From the NCBI RefSeq assembly GCF_009914755.1, contig NC_060938.1: DNA of 64,000 bases; one strand, given 5' to 3'. The stretch comes from the human T2T-CHM13v2.0 reference genome, Homo sapiens. Positions 13,291-29,377 of this stretch are shown here, piece by piece. A model generated the notes under the pieces. The model searched no databases and was not told the origin of the DNA. It worked only from the letters and a program-made list of their open reading frames with translations. A program made the position numbers and the translations under genes. Within the stretch, counting starts at the first letter, position 1. Every line of letters begins with the position of its first letter.

Positions 13291-14728
13291 GCCATGATGC
13301 TTACATAACTACCTCCCGTTTCCTGCTGTCTCTTGAGTTTGGTGATCTACAGAAAAGAAAAGGAAAACTGAAGAAACAATACAAACACTTCAAAAGTTTA
13401 ATGGATGTTTCTGAGCATCTATACATCGCCTTCTTCTCAGAACAGACATTGAGGACAGTCCTATAATTCACTATTATCAGTGTATCTACTTTAACTTGGA
13501 GCCCAGGCAACCAAGCACTAAATTAACACTGCCCTGTCTCTGCAAAGGTGATGGGGGACAAGACGCCTTGTAACTTTGAAGAAGAGATTTACACACCCCT
13601 GTGTCTCCCATATAAATGGACTCAAGAGCTGCAGCAGTCCATAAATGATCCTTTCTTTCCACTGTTGATAGTTGAAGGCAGCCGTTTCCAGCTTCTTGCC
13701 GGTGATCACTCTGCTAAAAATAGCTTTGATGCTGTCACATGCAAACTTGAACAGAACCTGAAAGCAGTTCCCCTTTTAGTTCTGAGCTGGTTCAACTTTA
13801 AAAGAGAGGCAGCTGTGAACACACTCCAGCGTGTTTACATGATGCTGAAGTAGTTCAGCTCGTAGTAAAAATACCACTGAAAAGGGACAGGCTTGGGTTT
13901 GCAGCCTCTGCTGACGACATTTCTTCCTGCTGAGCTGGAGCCCGGGAAGGGGCGGGAAGGGGCGGTAAGGTTAGCAGGGAAAATCCAAAATGTCCAGTTT
14001 GAAGGGGAAAGTGGCTGTGAGCAGAACCGCGGTGAAGACAGGAGAGAGATGTTTGTTGAGATGTGAGATTTCTGACTATGGTGGAGGTGGGGGCAGGAGA
14101 GGCGGCAAAGATCATATAGAAAAGAGAACTTAGACAACAGGGGGTGCTTTTTAAAAATTCTGTTAAAAATATCTAAGGGCTGTTTTTTTAGAAATCAAGG
14201 AAACAAAGGATGAAATACATTCAACATCTTGGCCATTCATTTGATACCTTATGTTGGTTTGCTGGGCAAATGGATGATTCTGGATGTGTTCTGAAAACTG
14301 GGCCCAAAACTAAGGATAAAGCAGAGTATGGGCTTGGAAACCAGAGAAAACCTGGGCATTCAACCCGGCTGCTCCTCGTCTGGCCCCCATAAAACTTGGC
14401 TTAAGCACTGGTGTCTCCCAGACCTTCTGCACAGAGCTGGGAGTTAAGTGAGAAAATACACACCGAAGTGCCTGGTGGAGCGGGGGACCCTGACCCATAA
14501 TAGACAACGTCCTTTAAAAACATATACCCAGAGGAGAGGAAGCTGACAGTGATCTGCGGACAAATCTGGAATACAGTGTAGTTTCTTAAAAAAAAAAAAA
14601 AAAAAAGTACCAACCAAATAAATAGTGTTTTTTCTTCCTTCTTAATTCTATGTGGCCAAAGCATGACTCACACTATATTTGCTTATGAAATGAGAATTCA
14701 TTTTACGAAGTTGTCCTAGAAAACTTAC

Positions 14729-14872
14729 GCTGAGCCCGGCTGATCTGGAGGGGACGAGAGGAAGGCCTGGCCAGCACCAGGACGGATCACACAGGCCGGG
14801 TGCTGGTGTCTGTACCCACTGAGGGCCACTAGGAGATGGGAACTGAGGTCATCGATGGTGAACTCGCGGCTC
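14729..14872 (-). other. Candidate cryptic in-frame cassette exon of FOXN3 (144 nt, phase 2-2)
   Basis: AAGCAG acceptor with a weak pyrimidine tract and GC|GTAAGT donor. Open in the frame set by the upstream exon's phase-2 end. Confidence 0.25.
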
Positions 14873-15940
14873 CTGCTTAAGAACCAGAATCCTGACTTCA
14901 GACGTTTATGCTGGAGCTTCACATATGTTTCAGAACCCATCGTTCAACAAAAACCTCAGATTCATCTTAAGAGCCCTTGAGAAAAGGACGCCTCTATGAC
15001 ATCACTGTCCTACCCGATGAGTTTCAGTACCATGAGCAGATGACATGTGACCCAAGTACGAAGTGAGCAGGTTCTCTAAACAAGCTATAAATTTGAGCAG
15101 CACACTGAGGTTATATTAGCATAGGAATTTATCACGTAAGTTATATGTTTGAACAACAGAACAGACTTAACATACTGCTGTATCTTTAACTATCATTTTT
15201 TGTTAACAAGACAAAAGAATTTACAGTTTCTGCCAACTGTTTTGTTGGCCCCTAATACCACGATTAGCTGTTGCCAGGCAACCATGAAGCATGCTTCCTC
15301 CCAAATCAGGAAGACCCACTGCTAAATCTAGACTAATTATAAAAGGAGACAAATATTTAAAAGCCTTATATTTATGAAGGATTTGGGAGGTGCCCTGATA
15401 AGAATGATTCTTATTAAACGGATCTAACTAAATACAATGCATATGTCTGCAGTGCATTGTCACAGGTTTTGTAAAACAATTTAGGAAAACTGAATGTTTC
15501 TGCAACTTTCCTAATTTCCCTCAATAGGATACTAAACAAAACCAGGTGTTTATAATTTGTGGAAGCATGTCTTTTGCCTACTTCTCTAAGAATAAGGATG
15601 AAAAGAAGCAGCTGAGAGACCTAAGCCTTTTAAAATACATATATATTTGCAAAGAAATTATGAGAACACCACCACCATTTTCACAACCCTTACAGAGCTA
15701 TGTGCATATAATGCTCAGCAGCTTTCCTCTCAAGTTTCTGCCTTTGTCTGCATTCTCAATTCCCTCTATTTCAAGAGTCATTTAGAATTCTCTGTGTGGA
15801 GAAGAGTTTTTCAGTCCCTGAGGCGAGCCTCCTTGCCATCAGCACTAAACTGCTGGTGGCAGGCTCCAACAACCGGAGTTCTAATGTCTAGAGACCCTGC
15901 TTCATCCCCAAGAGGGGAGCTGAAGAAACAGAAAAGCTCA

Positions 15941-15996
15941 ACACACACACACACACTCACAGACACACAGACGCATGCACACACACACACACACAC
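15941..15996. repeat. Interrupted (CA)n microsatellite
   Basis: Read directly from the sequence. Confidence 0.9.
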
Positions 15997-16007
15997 TTTG
16001 GTTCTCT

Positions 16008-16307
16008 TTTTTTTTTTTGAGACGGAGAGACGGAGTCTTGCTCTGTTGCCCAGGCTGGAGTGCAGTGGCACCATCTCGGTTCACTGCAAGCTCCGCCTCC
16101 TGGGTTCACGCTATTCTCCTGCCTCAGCCTCTGAGTAGCTGGGACTACAGGCGCCCACCACCACGCCCGGCTAATTTTTTTGTATTTTTAGTAGAGACGG
16201 GGTTTCACTGTGTTAGCCAGCATGGTCTCAATCTCCTGAACTCGTGATCCGCCCGCCTCAGCCTTCCAAAGTGCTGGGATTACAGGCGTGAGCCACCGCG
16301 CCCGGCC
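16008..16307 (-). mobile_element. AluY
   Basis: GCAAGCTCCGCCTCC and GTGTTAGCCAG diagnostics. TSD TTTGGTTCTC. Confidence 0.9.
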
Positions 16308-16386
16308 CATTTTGGTTCTCCTTCATATGCAAAGTGGAGTTTTCTCCCCAAAAGACAAAATTCTGACTACAAAGTCAGAACTAGGA

Positions 16387-16643
16387 CGGGGGTTGGCAAA
16401 TTATGAACCAAACTGTACTAGCTGGAAGCTAAGTATGGCTTTGACATTTGGTAATGGTCAGGGAAAAAAGAATCAAAAGAAGAATATTATTTCTTGACAA
16501 GTGAAAATTATATGAAATTCAAACTTCAATGCCATAAATAACATTTTATTGGGACACAACACACTCACTTGTTTATGTGTACGTCTATTTTGTGCTAAAC
16601 AGTTACTACATGACCCTTCATAGAAAAAGTTTGCAGAAGCCTG
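16387..16643. mobile_element. MER58B-like hAT-Charlie element
   Basis: GGGGTTGGCAAA...GAAAATTATATGAAATTCAAA...AGAAAAAGTTTGC termini. Confidence 0.7.
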
Positions 16644-17610
16644 AAGTGGAAGACAGAGTAGTGACATTTTAATCTTGAAAAAGAAATTGATTTTGGATTA
16701 ACTTTAAACGCGACCAAAACAAAGCAAATAGGCCATGTCCCACCCAATGGCCTGAAACCTAGGTTGCTCTGAGTGTGTGTGTTACTCAGTGACTGTCCTA
16801 CCAAAATTTCCAGAAAACAGTCCCTGTGGAACGCTAATCTAATTATTATTAAATGTAATAATCATTACTTGGAAGCTTTCTGATTTCACTAACCCAATCC
16901 TCTCTCCACCTCCACACACAAATTCAAAATGTTTTTCTTAAGATTGTTTCTCCTCTGTGTTACTAATGGAACAATCTGAGGCACTCATCAGACTGTCTAT
17001 GTAAATCTACACCTTTTTTTAAGCTGAAATAATTCTGGTTATTAAAAACAAACATGGGTACTGTTTGTAGGTCTGAGAGGAATATGGAATCAATTATATA
17101 TATGTGTGTAAATAAGGCCGCCCACCAGATAATGCTGGATGGCCGGTGAACTTTGCTAGAAAAGTGCTGATGCAGATGAAAATTTGGACAGGCTCTCGTG
17201 AAAGTCGGAAACACCAAAGGTCTCTTTGCTTTTGCTACCCTCTCTCCCTTCGGTTCTCCATTTACCGAGCCACAGTATTTCTTAAAGCTCGTTGGCAGCC
17301 TGCACCTCTGCTTATTCTTGGGAGACACGTGTTTGCATCCTATTACAACCCATAGTTTTTGCATAACCATGGTGAGAGGAACCATCCTTCCCAATCCCAA
17401 CCTCAACCAAAGCTTAGAAAAAGTGCCATTCTTAACCTTTCAGAATCACTCATAAGTAAATCCTATAGCAGTCTCTGCTAATGCAAATTTCAATGTGTGC
17501 CCGATATAGGTAACTTTTGTACACTCTGCACCGACATAAAGAAAAGAACAAAGATCTTCAAGTTTTGTCAGTATTTGCATTTTTGGAAGAAGAGCATGAA
17601 AATAACATCA

Positions 17611-17967
<357 letters not shown>

Positions 17968-20465
17968 CTAATCCTGCAGGATGGAATTAGCTCTCCTAAA
18001 ATGAGCTCAAATCTTCTGGAATTTGTTCGAGATGTCCCGCACCGTTCTGTGCAGATGCACGCACTTGCTGTGGCCACTATGGGTCTCCAGTCTACTCTGA
18101 AAATAATCCCACTGTCTTCAGGCTGTACCTGGGGAAAGGTGTCATTCTGTGAATGAAGATACCTGGTGAAGTTGCGGGTCTTTGGGAGCTCCTGGCCCAC
18201 ACTGTCCTTATAACGCCTGAACCCACATCCGTGGCCACATACTACGGGAAGAAGCAGAATCTGGCCCCAGAACTGGACACAAAAGATAGGAGTTCAAGTA
18301 ACCTATGGCCTAGTTGGCCTGGCTCAAAAAGAGAAGCTGAGTCATTCAGAGTCCCCAAGACTAGAATTAAATGAGTAGATTCTTTAAGGAGGAGGTAGAG
18401 AAAGGAGAAGCTGCTAGGAGGCCAGAAAGCAGCTGTGGCCTGAGCAGATGTAACACACTGTGAACAAATGGAAGGAGGCAGCGAAGGACAGGTAAGCACA
18501 GCAGGGGAGCCTGGTTCCTGCAGAGGCTAATGGAACCCAGGCAGAGGAGGACAGAGGAACAGGTATCTGAAGCCCCTGGGGACAGCTCTTGCAGCCTGAG
18601 GGGTCTCCTGTTCCAGGCACTAGTTCCCTTGAGGCCTGGCCGCACGGTGGTCTGGGGCCTGTGTATGGGATTTCCTTGATGACTATAAAACTGTCTCTTT
18701 GTTTGTTTTTTTATTTTTCCTTGTAGTAGTTTAAATGCTCTTTATATTCAGAAATCCAAACTACGATACACCAGGTTTGAGGGTCTCCCTTCAACATCAC
18801 AGCTTACAGGCCATTCAATCTCTCCAGGGCCTCTCCTCCGTTAAGTGTGATGGCTGGACTTGGCGCACCCTGCAGCCACTTTGGATTAATATTCTAGGAC
18901 CCCATTTCCAAGCCTCCAGGAGTTGCCACGTGCCACCACTTCTCTTTACCCATCGGAACACGAGATTGGGGTTAGGGGAGGTGTGTTCCAGGACTCACCC
19001 ACAGTCACTCACTGGGCAGGCGCAGAGGGGCACCTGGAAACCAGGTCACCGCTGTTTCCATGACACGGGTGGCCTCTGGTATTAGAATTAAAAATTTATA
19101 AACAAGAAAATGGGGGAAGCAGATTTCACAGAAAAGTCTGTGCTTTAAGCAAAGAAAAAGGAATCTGAACACTTCGTTAACTGGGTATAACTAACCATTG
19201 GAGCAACAGCAAAACCAAGGCAGAGGCTGAGGGGGAGATGCACTTTAGCCCAGGGGGGTCTCTGGAGTCTGCTCTCTGCCCTCTGGGTGTGCGTTTTAAC
19301 CCTTCCACAGCCAGCCAAGGCCCGGCCTCTACAGCAGATTCCCACAGGGGTGCGACGGAACCATTTTCTGGTTTAATGCTGAAATGGCAGGCTTGAGCCT
19401 CACCTCACTCAGTAAAAAGAATCTCACTTAGTAATGAAAACCCAATTAAGCTCTGCCAAGAGTGACCGATGGCGTTGGCTTCCTGGGGCTCTCAGTCTGC
19501 AGTCACAGACCTACCTGAAAGAGGAGTTTCCGCTGCCTTAAGTCACCAAGACTGGGCAAGCCCAGATCTCTAAAAACAGGTCTGTATCTAAGCCTGACAG
19601 TATGAACTCTTCTCTGTGTGAAAATAGAACGTCGCTAAGTGCCATCCTACCCATGCGGGGGTGGGGACAGTGACCAATGCTCCTGGCCAGCGAGCACCCA
19701 TTCCCTCCAGCAACGGCTCTCTAAATTCCCCTGGGTGCCAGCACCCTAGTGCAGAGTGGGCATAATACCAGCCACAAGTCAAAAAATGTACACCATCCTC
19801 TGCTACAATGAATAGCTTAGGGAGGGGGATATGGCTTTAGGTCAATGGCAGTCAGGTCTGAATTTTGTGGGAGGAGATCTTCTCTTTTTTCACTGGACTT
19901 GAACCTGCAGGGACTCACAGGGGGTCGGGCAGCCATCCTGCCTCCACGAGGCGACAGAGTGCCTAAGAACCAAGCCAACACAGAGAAGAGATTCTGAAGG
20001 ATGGAGAGAGCGGCTCGGCTGACCTGCAGCCAGGAAGTCACGGCTTCATGTCTTTGTCCAAAGTTAGACCTACTCCTGGACTTTCCAGTTGGATAAAGCT
20101 GCCCGATTTTCATTGGCACGAAAGCCACTTTGAGTCATCTTTCTCTCAGTCGCAAAGACAACTACTAATGAATCCACTGATAATGAATTCAAATGGAGAC
20201 GAAGCTCAAGGTTACCTCTTCCACTGCCTTTAACAAAAGGGTCCATCATGCAAATGGAATTATTACAGACAAGGATGAAAAGAGAAACAGGGATTCTGCT
20301 TAAGAAAAGTACCTGCTAGCATTTGGGCACCATATATACCACACTAACTACTATAAAAGAGCCTTATTACCTAGTCTTATTTGGGGCTGGACGGCCTATC
20401 AGCATTCTACACTCGGCAACCCTTTAGTTAGCATCTAGTTGACATGAAAAATCCTTATATCTTTT

Positions 20466-21986
<1,521 letters not shown>

Positions 21987-22479
21987 TTAAGAGAAGAATA
22001 CAGCTGGCCAATCCACACGGGCAAGGGTGTCAGCCTCAGCAATTGTAAAAGTAAGGAAAATCAAGCCAAAAAAAAATCTCTATCAATTGGATTAGCAGAT
22101 ACTTAAAAAACTGACAAGACCCAGGGATGACAGGAGAACAGTCAAATATAATATCACAGGACATCTAAGTTGATATAACTTGGAGAAGGGGTAGGGAAAG
22201 AAACTGGGATAAATATGTCTATCTCCTTGGTCCATAAATTCAGCTTCTAGGAATTAAACTTTACATTCTACAGCCCACCAATAAAAGGACTCGGGCTTTA
22301 ATACTGGACAGACCTGAGTGTGTCTTACAATCCCACCACACCTTGCTAGCTGGTAGACCCTGGGAAAGTTACTTGTAGAGTAGATATATACTACTAGCCC
22401 CTACAACATTGGACTGTTAGAACTGCATTTATGTACTTAGCATAGCACCAGGCCTAAAGACAGGACCACAGAGGTTATG

Positions 22480-22748
22480 AGCACTCGCAGTGATACCTCA
22501 ACCCATATCCTCTGTGTTAGAGGCTGCCCCCACTACCGACTGCCCTGTAAGCTCACAACCACCACCTTCTACAGAAATCCTTTTCGCTGAAGGTCTCAAG
22601 AGGCCTGGGATTACAAGATAAATGACTGATAGTACAAAAGCCCTGTCGCTTTGTCCCAAAGAGGACAACTCTAGAACAGTCCCTCAGCAAATCACTCACA
22701 ACCAAGTCCCTGTCTCAGATTCTGCTTCTAGAGAATCCAGCCTAAGAC
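22480..22748 (+). mobile_element. Old ERVL LTR fragment (LTR16/LTR33-like)
   Basis: 3' end TGTCTCAGATTCTGCTTCTAGAGAATCCAGCCTAAGAC resembles LTR16-type termini. Confidence 0.5.
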
Positions 22749-22937
22749 CCAACTGTTAGGATTTTTATTACTAGGCAAGGGTGCAAAGGTCTAAGTCTCT
22801 GCATGTTTACTGAGGCATAACATAAAGAAATGGAAAACAACCACAATGTCCAGCCACAAACAGATGAATCCATACAAGGGGACATTGCACACATAGTAAA
22901 AAAAGAGTACTGTGTATCCATATGAACTGACAAGACT

Positions 22938-23257
<320 letters not shown>

Positions 23258-23319
23258 CTACTGTATGACGCAGCACATGCAGTATGAGCTCAGGCACAAG
23301 TAAAGTTTGTGTGGGTAAA

Positions 23320-23800
23320 GTCACATGTGAAAAGATATTCCAATACCAATGTCCACAGCAGCAGCAGTATTCACAGTAGCAACCCAAATGTCCCTCGATG
23401 GCGAATGGATAAACAAAATGTGGTATTATACATACATACAAGAGAGTATTACTCAGTCTTGAAAGGGGCAAAAGTACTGATACATGCTACAACATGGATG
23501 AATCTTGGGGACACTGCGCTAAGTGAAAGAAGCCAGTCACAAAAGGACAAACACTATATTATTCCATATATATGAGGTACCCAGAGTAGTCAAATTCGTA
23601 GAAACAGAAAGTAGAATGGTGGTTGCCCAGAGCTGGAGAGAGGGGGAAAGGGGGAGTTGGAGAGTATCAGTTTTGCAGAAAGTTCTAGAGATTGGTTGCA
23701 CAACAGTGTGAATATACTTAACCCTACTGAACTATACTTAAAAGTGATTAAAAGTACATTTTACATTGTGGGTATTTTACCACAATTAAGAATTAAAAAG
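23320..23800 (+). mobile_element. L1M (L1MB-like) 3' end
   Basis: GAATGGATAAACAAAATGTGG...ACATGGATGAATCTTG...GTAGAATGGTGGTTGCC. Confidence 0.8.
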
Positions 23801-25659
23801 AAAATTTTAAAAATTTTTCTTAAAATGTAACAACACAGAAGTAGGGATACTTTTATTCAGTTCTTTAAACTGTTTTATTGTTTGACCATTCTACATGAGT
23901 ATATATTGACTTAATAATTAGAAAATACAATAAGCTATTTTAATTCTGGGAAAATACTAATACACTACAAAACGATAAATATTTTACTACACTAGGCTGG
24001 TAATCTAAGTCATTCAGGAGTGTGGGTCTTTGGCAGTGAGTGTTTACTTGTTTTTAATAGTGTATAAATTTAACTCTGGTCACTTGTTTTGTCGCTTCAT
24101 TTCTTATCTCAGCTCAACCAAAAGAACTTAAATGACATCATCAGTCATTGTTCTGTGACCATTAAAATGTCTAGGTTAATTCCAGAAAAACTGTCAACTA
24201 AAGATACTTTTAGAAAATTCCCCTTCCAGATTTTCTTGATTCATTCATTCAACAAAGACTTCTTAAGTGCTTAATAAGTGTCGTGCAACACACAAAGTCT
24301 TAGGGACACCATGGTGGCCAAGATGAGCTCAGTTTGTGGATCTCAAACTGGGAAAAGACAGACATGAGATGGACAGGGTGGTGTGGAGCTCTGCTTGTGT
24401 TTCCCTACTAGGCCACACGTGTATGCACAAACATACAGACACAGTCACTGAAGCCATCTTTCTCAATGATGTTGATGTTAGCTAACCGAGAACCTTCAAA
24501 AATCCCAACAGAGTAAGAGATTTTCAGTGACCAAGACAGTTGAATTTGCTTAATCTGACACACTCTCATAAACTCAGCCTAAAAGAATGGAAATTTCTTT
24601 CTTGCTCAAATTTAATTACTCTTCACGGCTTGCAATAAAGGTCACCTCCCCAGTAATCATGTCTCAGAAAGCCTAGTCATCTCCTTGAATTATTTTCCTA
24701 AATGCACTTGATAGATGTTCTTTGATACCAGATCAGCCCCCTCCATATCACCTGGCTCAGACAAACAAAGAGAAGGGGGTGATAAGTGTGTCTTTGATGC
24801 CCAGGGCCCAGCATCATTCTAGGGCACAAAGACCATCGATCCTTTTTATTCCTTCTCCTACTCATTCTAGACTCTAAATCCAAACACCTTTCTGATCTTA
24901 AAATCATTTCCTGAATTATTGTCTCTTGGTGCAGCATCACACAGCAATATCTTGATGAGATAGCACAAATAATTGCTAAATAAAATCTTTAACGTCGGCA
25001 TAACCCTGAAAGGATATACAATGAAAATAAGATCGTTACAACGAGGATGAAGCCAGGCATCAATAGTCCATCAGCTCACCCTTCCACTTGCACAGGAGAT
25101 CAAAGGCAAGGGCAGCAAACCCAACTAACGAATCTGGGTGTCCAGTCTCGCAGGCATGCCTTTGATTCTCCCCCTTCCCCGAACTCTCCTCCATGGCTTT
25201 GCTGTCCTCAGAATGTTGTCCACAGCACGGTTAGAGGAACAAAGAACAGGCAGACCCCAGAATTGCTGTCGAACAGAATGAATATGCAGCTCAGACTCAG
25301 GGCAGGCTGAGAAAACTGCAGGGAATTTTAGATGTCACTCTGCCGAAAGATCTGCGTGGGCTATATTGCATACCAGCTCTGAGTTCCTTTTCTAGCATTA
25401 ACATCAGATTTGTGCTGATCCAGCCATATTCTCCTGGTGGCTCCTGTGGGACTGAGTGCCCATCAATCTGTGAGCCAGATGGCTTAAGCTTATGTGTAGC
25501 TGCTGGTCACAGAGGGAAGTGGGGCTAAAGGGGCCCATGCAGATGGTGAGTGGAGCTCTCTAACCACTGGCTGCATCTATCCCAGGCAACTCTCTAAAGA
25601 ATGATGCTGCTTTCCCTTCTCCCAAGATCCTAGATAAACTCCTTGTTATAAACTACTGC

Positions 25660-26685
<1,026 letters not shown>

Positions 26686-27401
26686 AACATTCTATGCAAT
26701 AGAACCTGCACCACAAAGCAGGATTTCAAGACTGCAATTGGCTTCAAGATGTAGTTTGACAGGTGACTTTAGTGGGTACCTAATGCAAAAAAACAAAAAA
26801 TAAGTAAAACAGTAAAAGCAATTGACAATACTTTATAAAGCCTGGCCTCTGACAGTGAGTGAGGAAGCTCATGGGATGAAATCATCTGCACATGGCACAG
26901 CTGTTTTACATTCAACAGCAGCTCACTCAAGGTAACTCTTCCTACCAGCTCAGTGATGCCAGCTTCAGGAACAGCCACCCCACTTCCTGCGATGTTTTAG
27001 AAGGCAAGAGTTCTGGGTGTTAGTGCTGGAGCTGACAGGTAAATGTCCTCTGAGAGTTCCTTCTACCTCTGAGAGCCAGGAAGAAATCTAGACACCCTGG
27101 AGGGAATCACTCAGAAATCATTAGACAGTCATTGTACTTCTGAAAGTGCCTGTTTCCTGTTAAGCAGCTCAAAATGTCACCTGAGGGAAAGGCAAATTTC
27201 AGCAGGGGTAAAGTGTAGGGTCCCGCAGGAAGACTTCACTTATACGACTGTCTCTTAGAAGCACACCGGATCCTGACACTCCTCTTTCTCTGTGGGATCT
27301 GAAATGGTGACAAATAGGAGTTTGGCACCTTTGATTGCAACAATTGAACCTACCTCCTTTCCCCCCCCATAGAAATCCCTCCTTTCCCTGAACCTCTTAT
27401 G

Positions 27402-27702
27402 GTACCAGTTCGGGGCCTGTTAGGAACCGGCTGCACAGCAGGAGGTGAGTGGCAGGCGAGCAGGCATTACTGCCTGACTTCGCCTCCCTCCTGTCCCATC
27501 AGCTGCAGCATTAGATTCTCATAGGAGTGCAAACCCTACTGTGAACTGCACATGTGAGGGATCTAGGATGCGTGCTCCTTATGGGAATCTAACTAATGCC
27601 TGATCCAAGGTGGAACAGTTTCATCCCAAAACTATGTCCCCTACCACTGAAAAACTGTCTTCCATGAAACCACTCCCTGGTGCCAAAAAGGTTGGGGACT
27701 GC
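27402..27702. mobile_element. MER1B (hAT-Charlie)
   Basis: GGCCTGTTAGGAACCGG...GCATTAGATTCTCATAGGAG...GTGCCAAAAAGGTTGGGGACTGCT. Confidence 0.85.
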
Positions 27703-27817
27703 TATATTAGGGCATCTTATATCCCCCAACTAGCCAGTAAGTTTCTTTAGAGTAGTAACTATGTTTTAATCTTCCCTCCTTCCCTCCCTTTTTCTTTTCT
27801 TTCTTCTTCTTCTTCTC

Positions 27818-28137
<320 letters not shown>

Positions 28138-28854
28138 TGATTCAGCAATTGGTTATTAAAAAGCTACAGCCAGGCACAATACAGGAAGCAGCTCACAGCC
28201 CAGAGGGGAGAATGCCAAGAAATAATTATAAAACATAATCTTGGCTAACCGTTATCAAGCACCTTTTATGTGTCAGGCTGTGTTCTAAGGATTTTAAATG
28301 TTCACTCATTTAATCCTTGCATCAACCCTATGAGAAAGGCAGTGTTTTTATCCTCAGATACAGACAAGGACACTAATGCACAGACAGGTGATATAGCCTG
28401 GTTGTGCGCAGCAGTGACTGGTGGAGCTGACCACTCAAATCCGGGTTCTCCCTGCCTTCCTGCACCATGGCCAGATGAAGCCGCCGACCCGATGCATCTG
28501 TATTCTATTTCATGGGCAATGTCAACTCAACCTAGGTTTTGGACTAAACAATGGTTACATCAAAGACGGGCTGGAATGGAGAACGGAGGCAGAAACACCA
28601 GACAGAGAAGCTATTGCAGGGAGTGTGAAGATGAGGTGCTGAGGGCCCAGACTGGGCCAACAGGAAAGGCCACCAGGGGCCTGGGCCCAAGAGGACACTT
28701 CTGAGACAAAATCAATAGGATGTTGGTACCTGAGTCAAGGGAAGAATCAAAGACAATTCTGAGTTGCTGACTTTGGATACTGGGTTGTACTGGGGTGAAG
28801 AGAAAGACCTGAGGAGGCAGGAAAATTCAAGAGGCAGAACAGCTTTGGAAGGTA

Positions 28855-29377
28855 TGTGAGGGGTCACCAAGACCACCCCCAGTGAGTCACTAGGAGGACT
28901 CACAGGACACAGCGTACAGTCATGCTCACGGCTATGATTTATTTCAGCAAAAGGATATGAAGCACAAATAGCAAAGGGAAAAGGTGCATGGGGGTGAAGT
29001 CCAGAGGAACCCAGATGCAAGCCCCCACCCAGGAAAGTCACACAGAATGCACTTGCTTCCCCAGCTACACATCCTGCCAGCACACATGAAGTGCTGTTTG
29101 CAAGGGAAGAGCCTCAGAGCCTCAGTGCCCAAGGTTTTTACTGGGGACTCTTCAGGTAGACACCCTATGCCTAGAGCACACCAAAATGTCAGACTTCTTC
29201 CACCAACCACAGTGTTTCCACAAACGATGCAGGCACCAGGAGCCCCACTTCTAGGTCTGGGAGTGCTGAGAACCCTCCTGAAATCCAAATTTGCAGACAC
29301 CAACCAAGGGCTAACCTTGCAAGCAGAACTTTCTAAGGAGAGAACCCTCAGACTTGCTATGTTCAATCTTCTGCACT
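28855..29377 (-). mobile_element. MER21-family LTR
   Basis: Reverse strand begins GTGCAGAAGATTGAACATAGCAAGTCTGAG...CCTTAGAAAG...TTGCAAGGTTAGCCCTTGG. Confidence 0.75.

Noticed and set aside
13769-13880. Alternative frames after the 13877 acceptor (WYFYYELNYFSIM; VVFLLRAELLQHHVNTLECVHSCLSFKVEPAQN) as the end of a nested gene
   Set aside because: They match no protein I recognise and are out of phase with the upstream FOXN3 exon.
16963-17406. 147-aa minus-strand ORF; also 39822-40277 (151 aa) and 62094-62564 (156 aa)
   Set aside because: No recognisable domain, random-like composition and no convincing exon boundaries. Such lengths are expected by chance in 64 kb.
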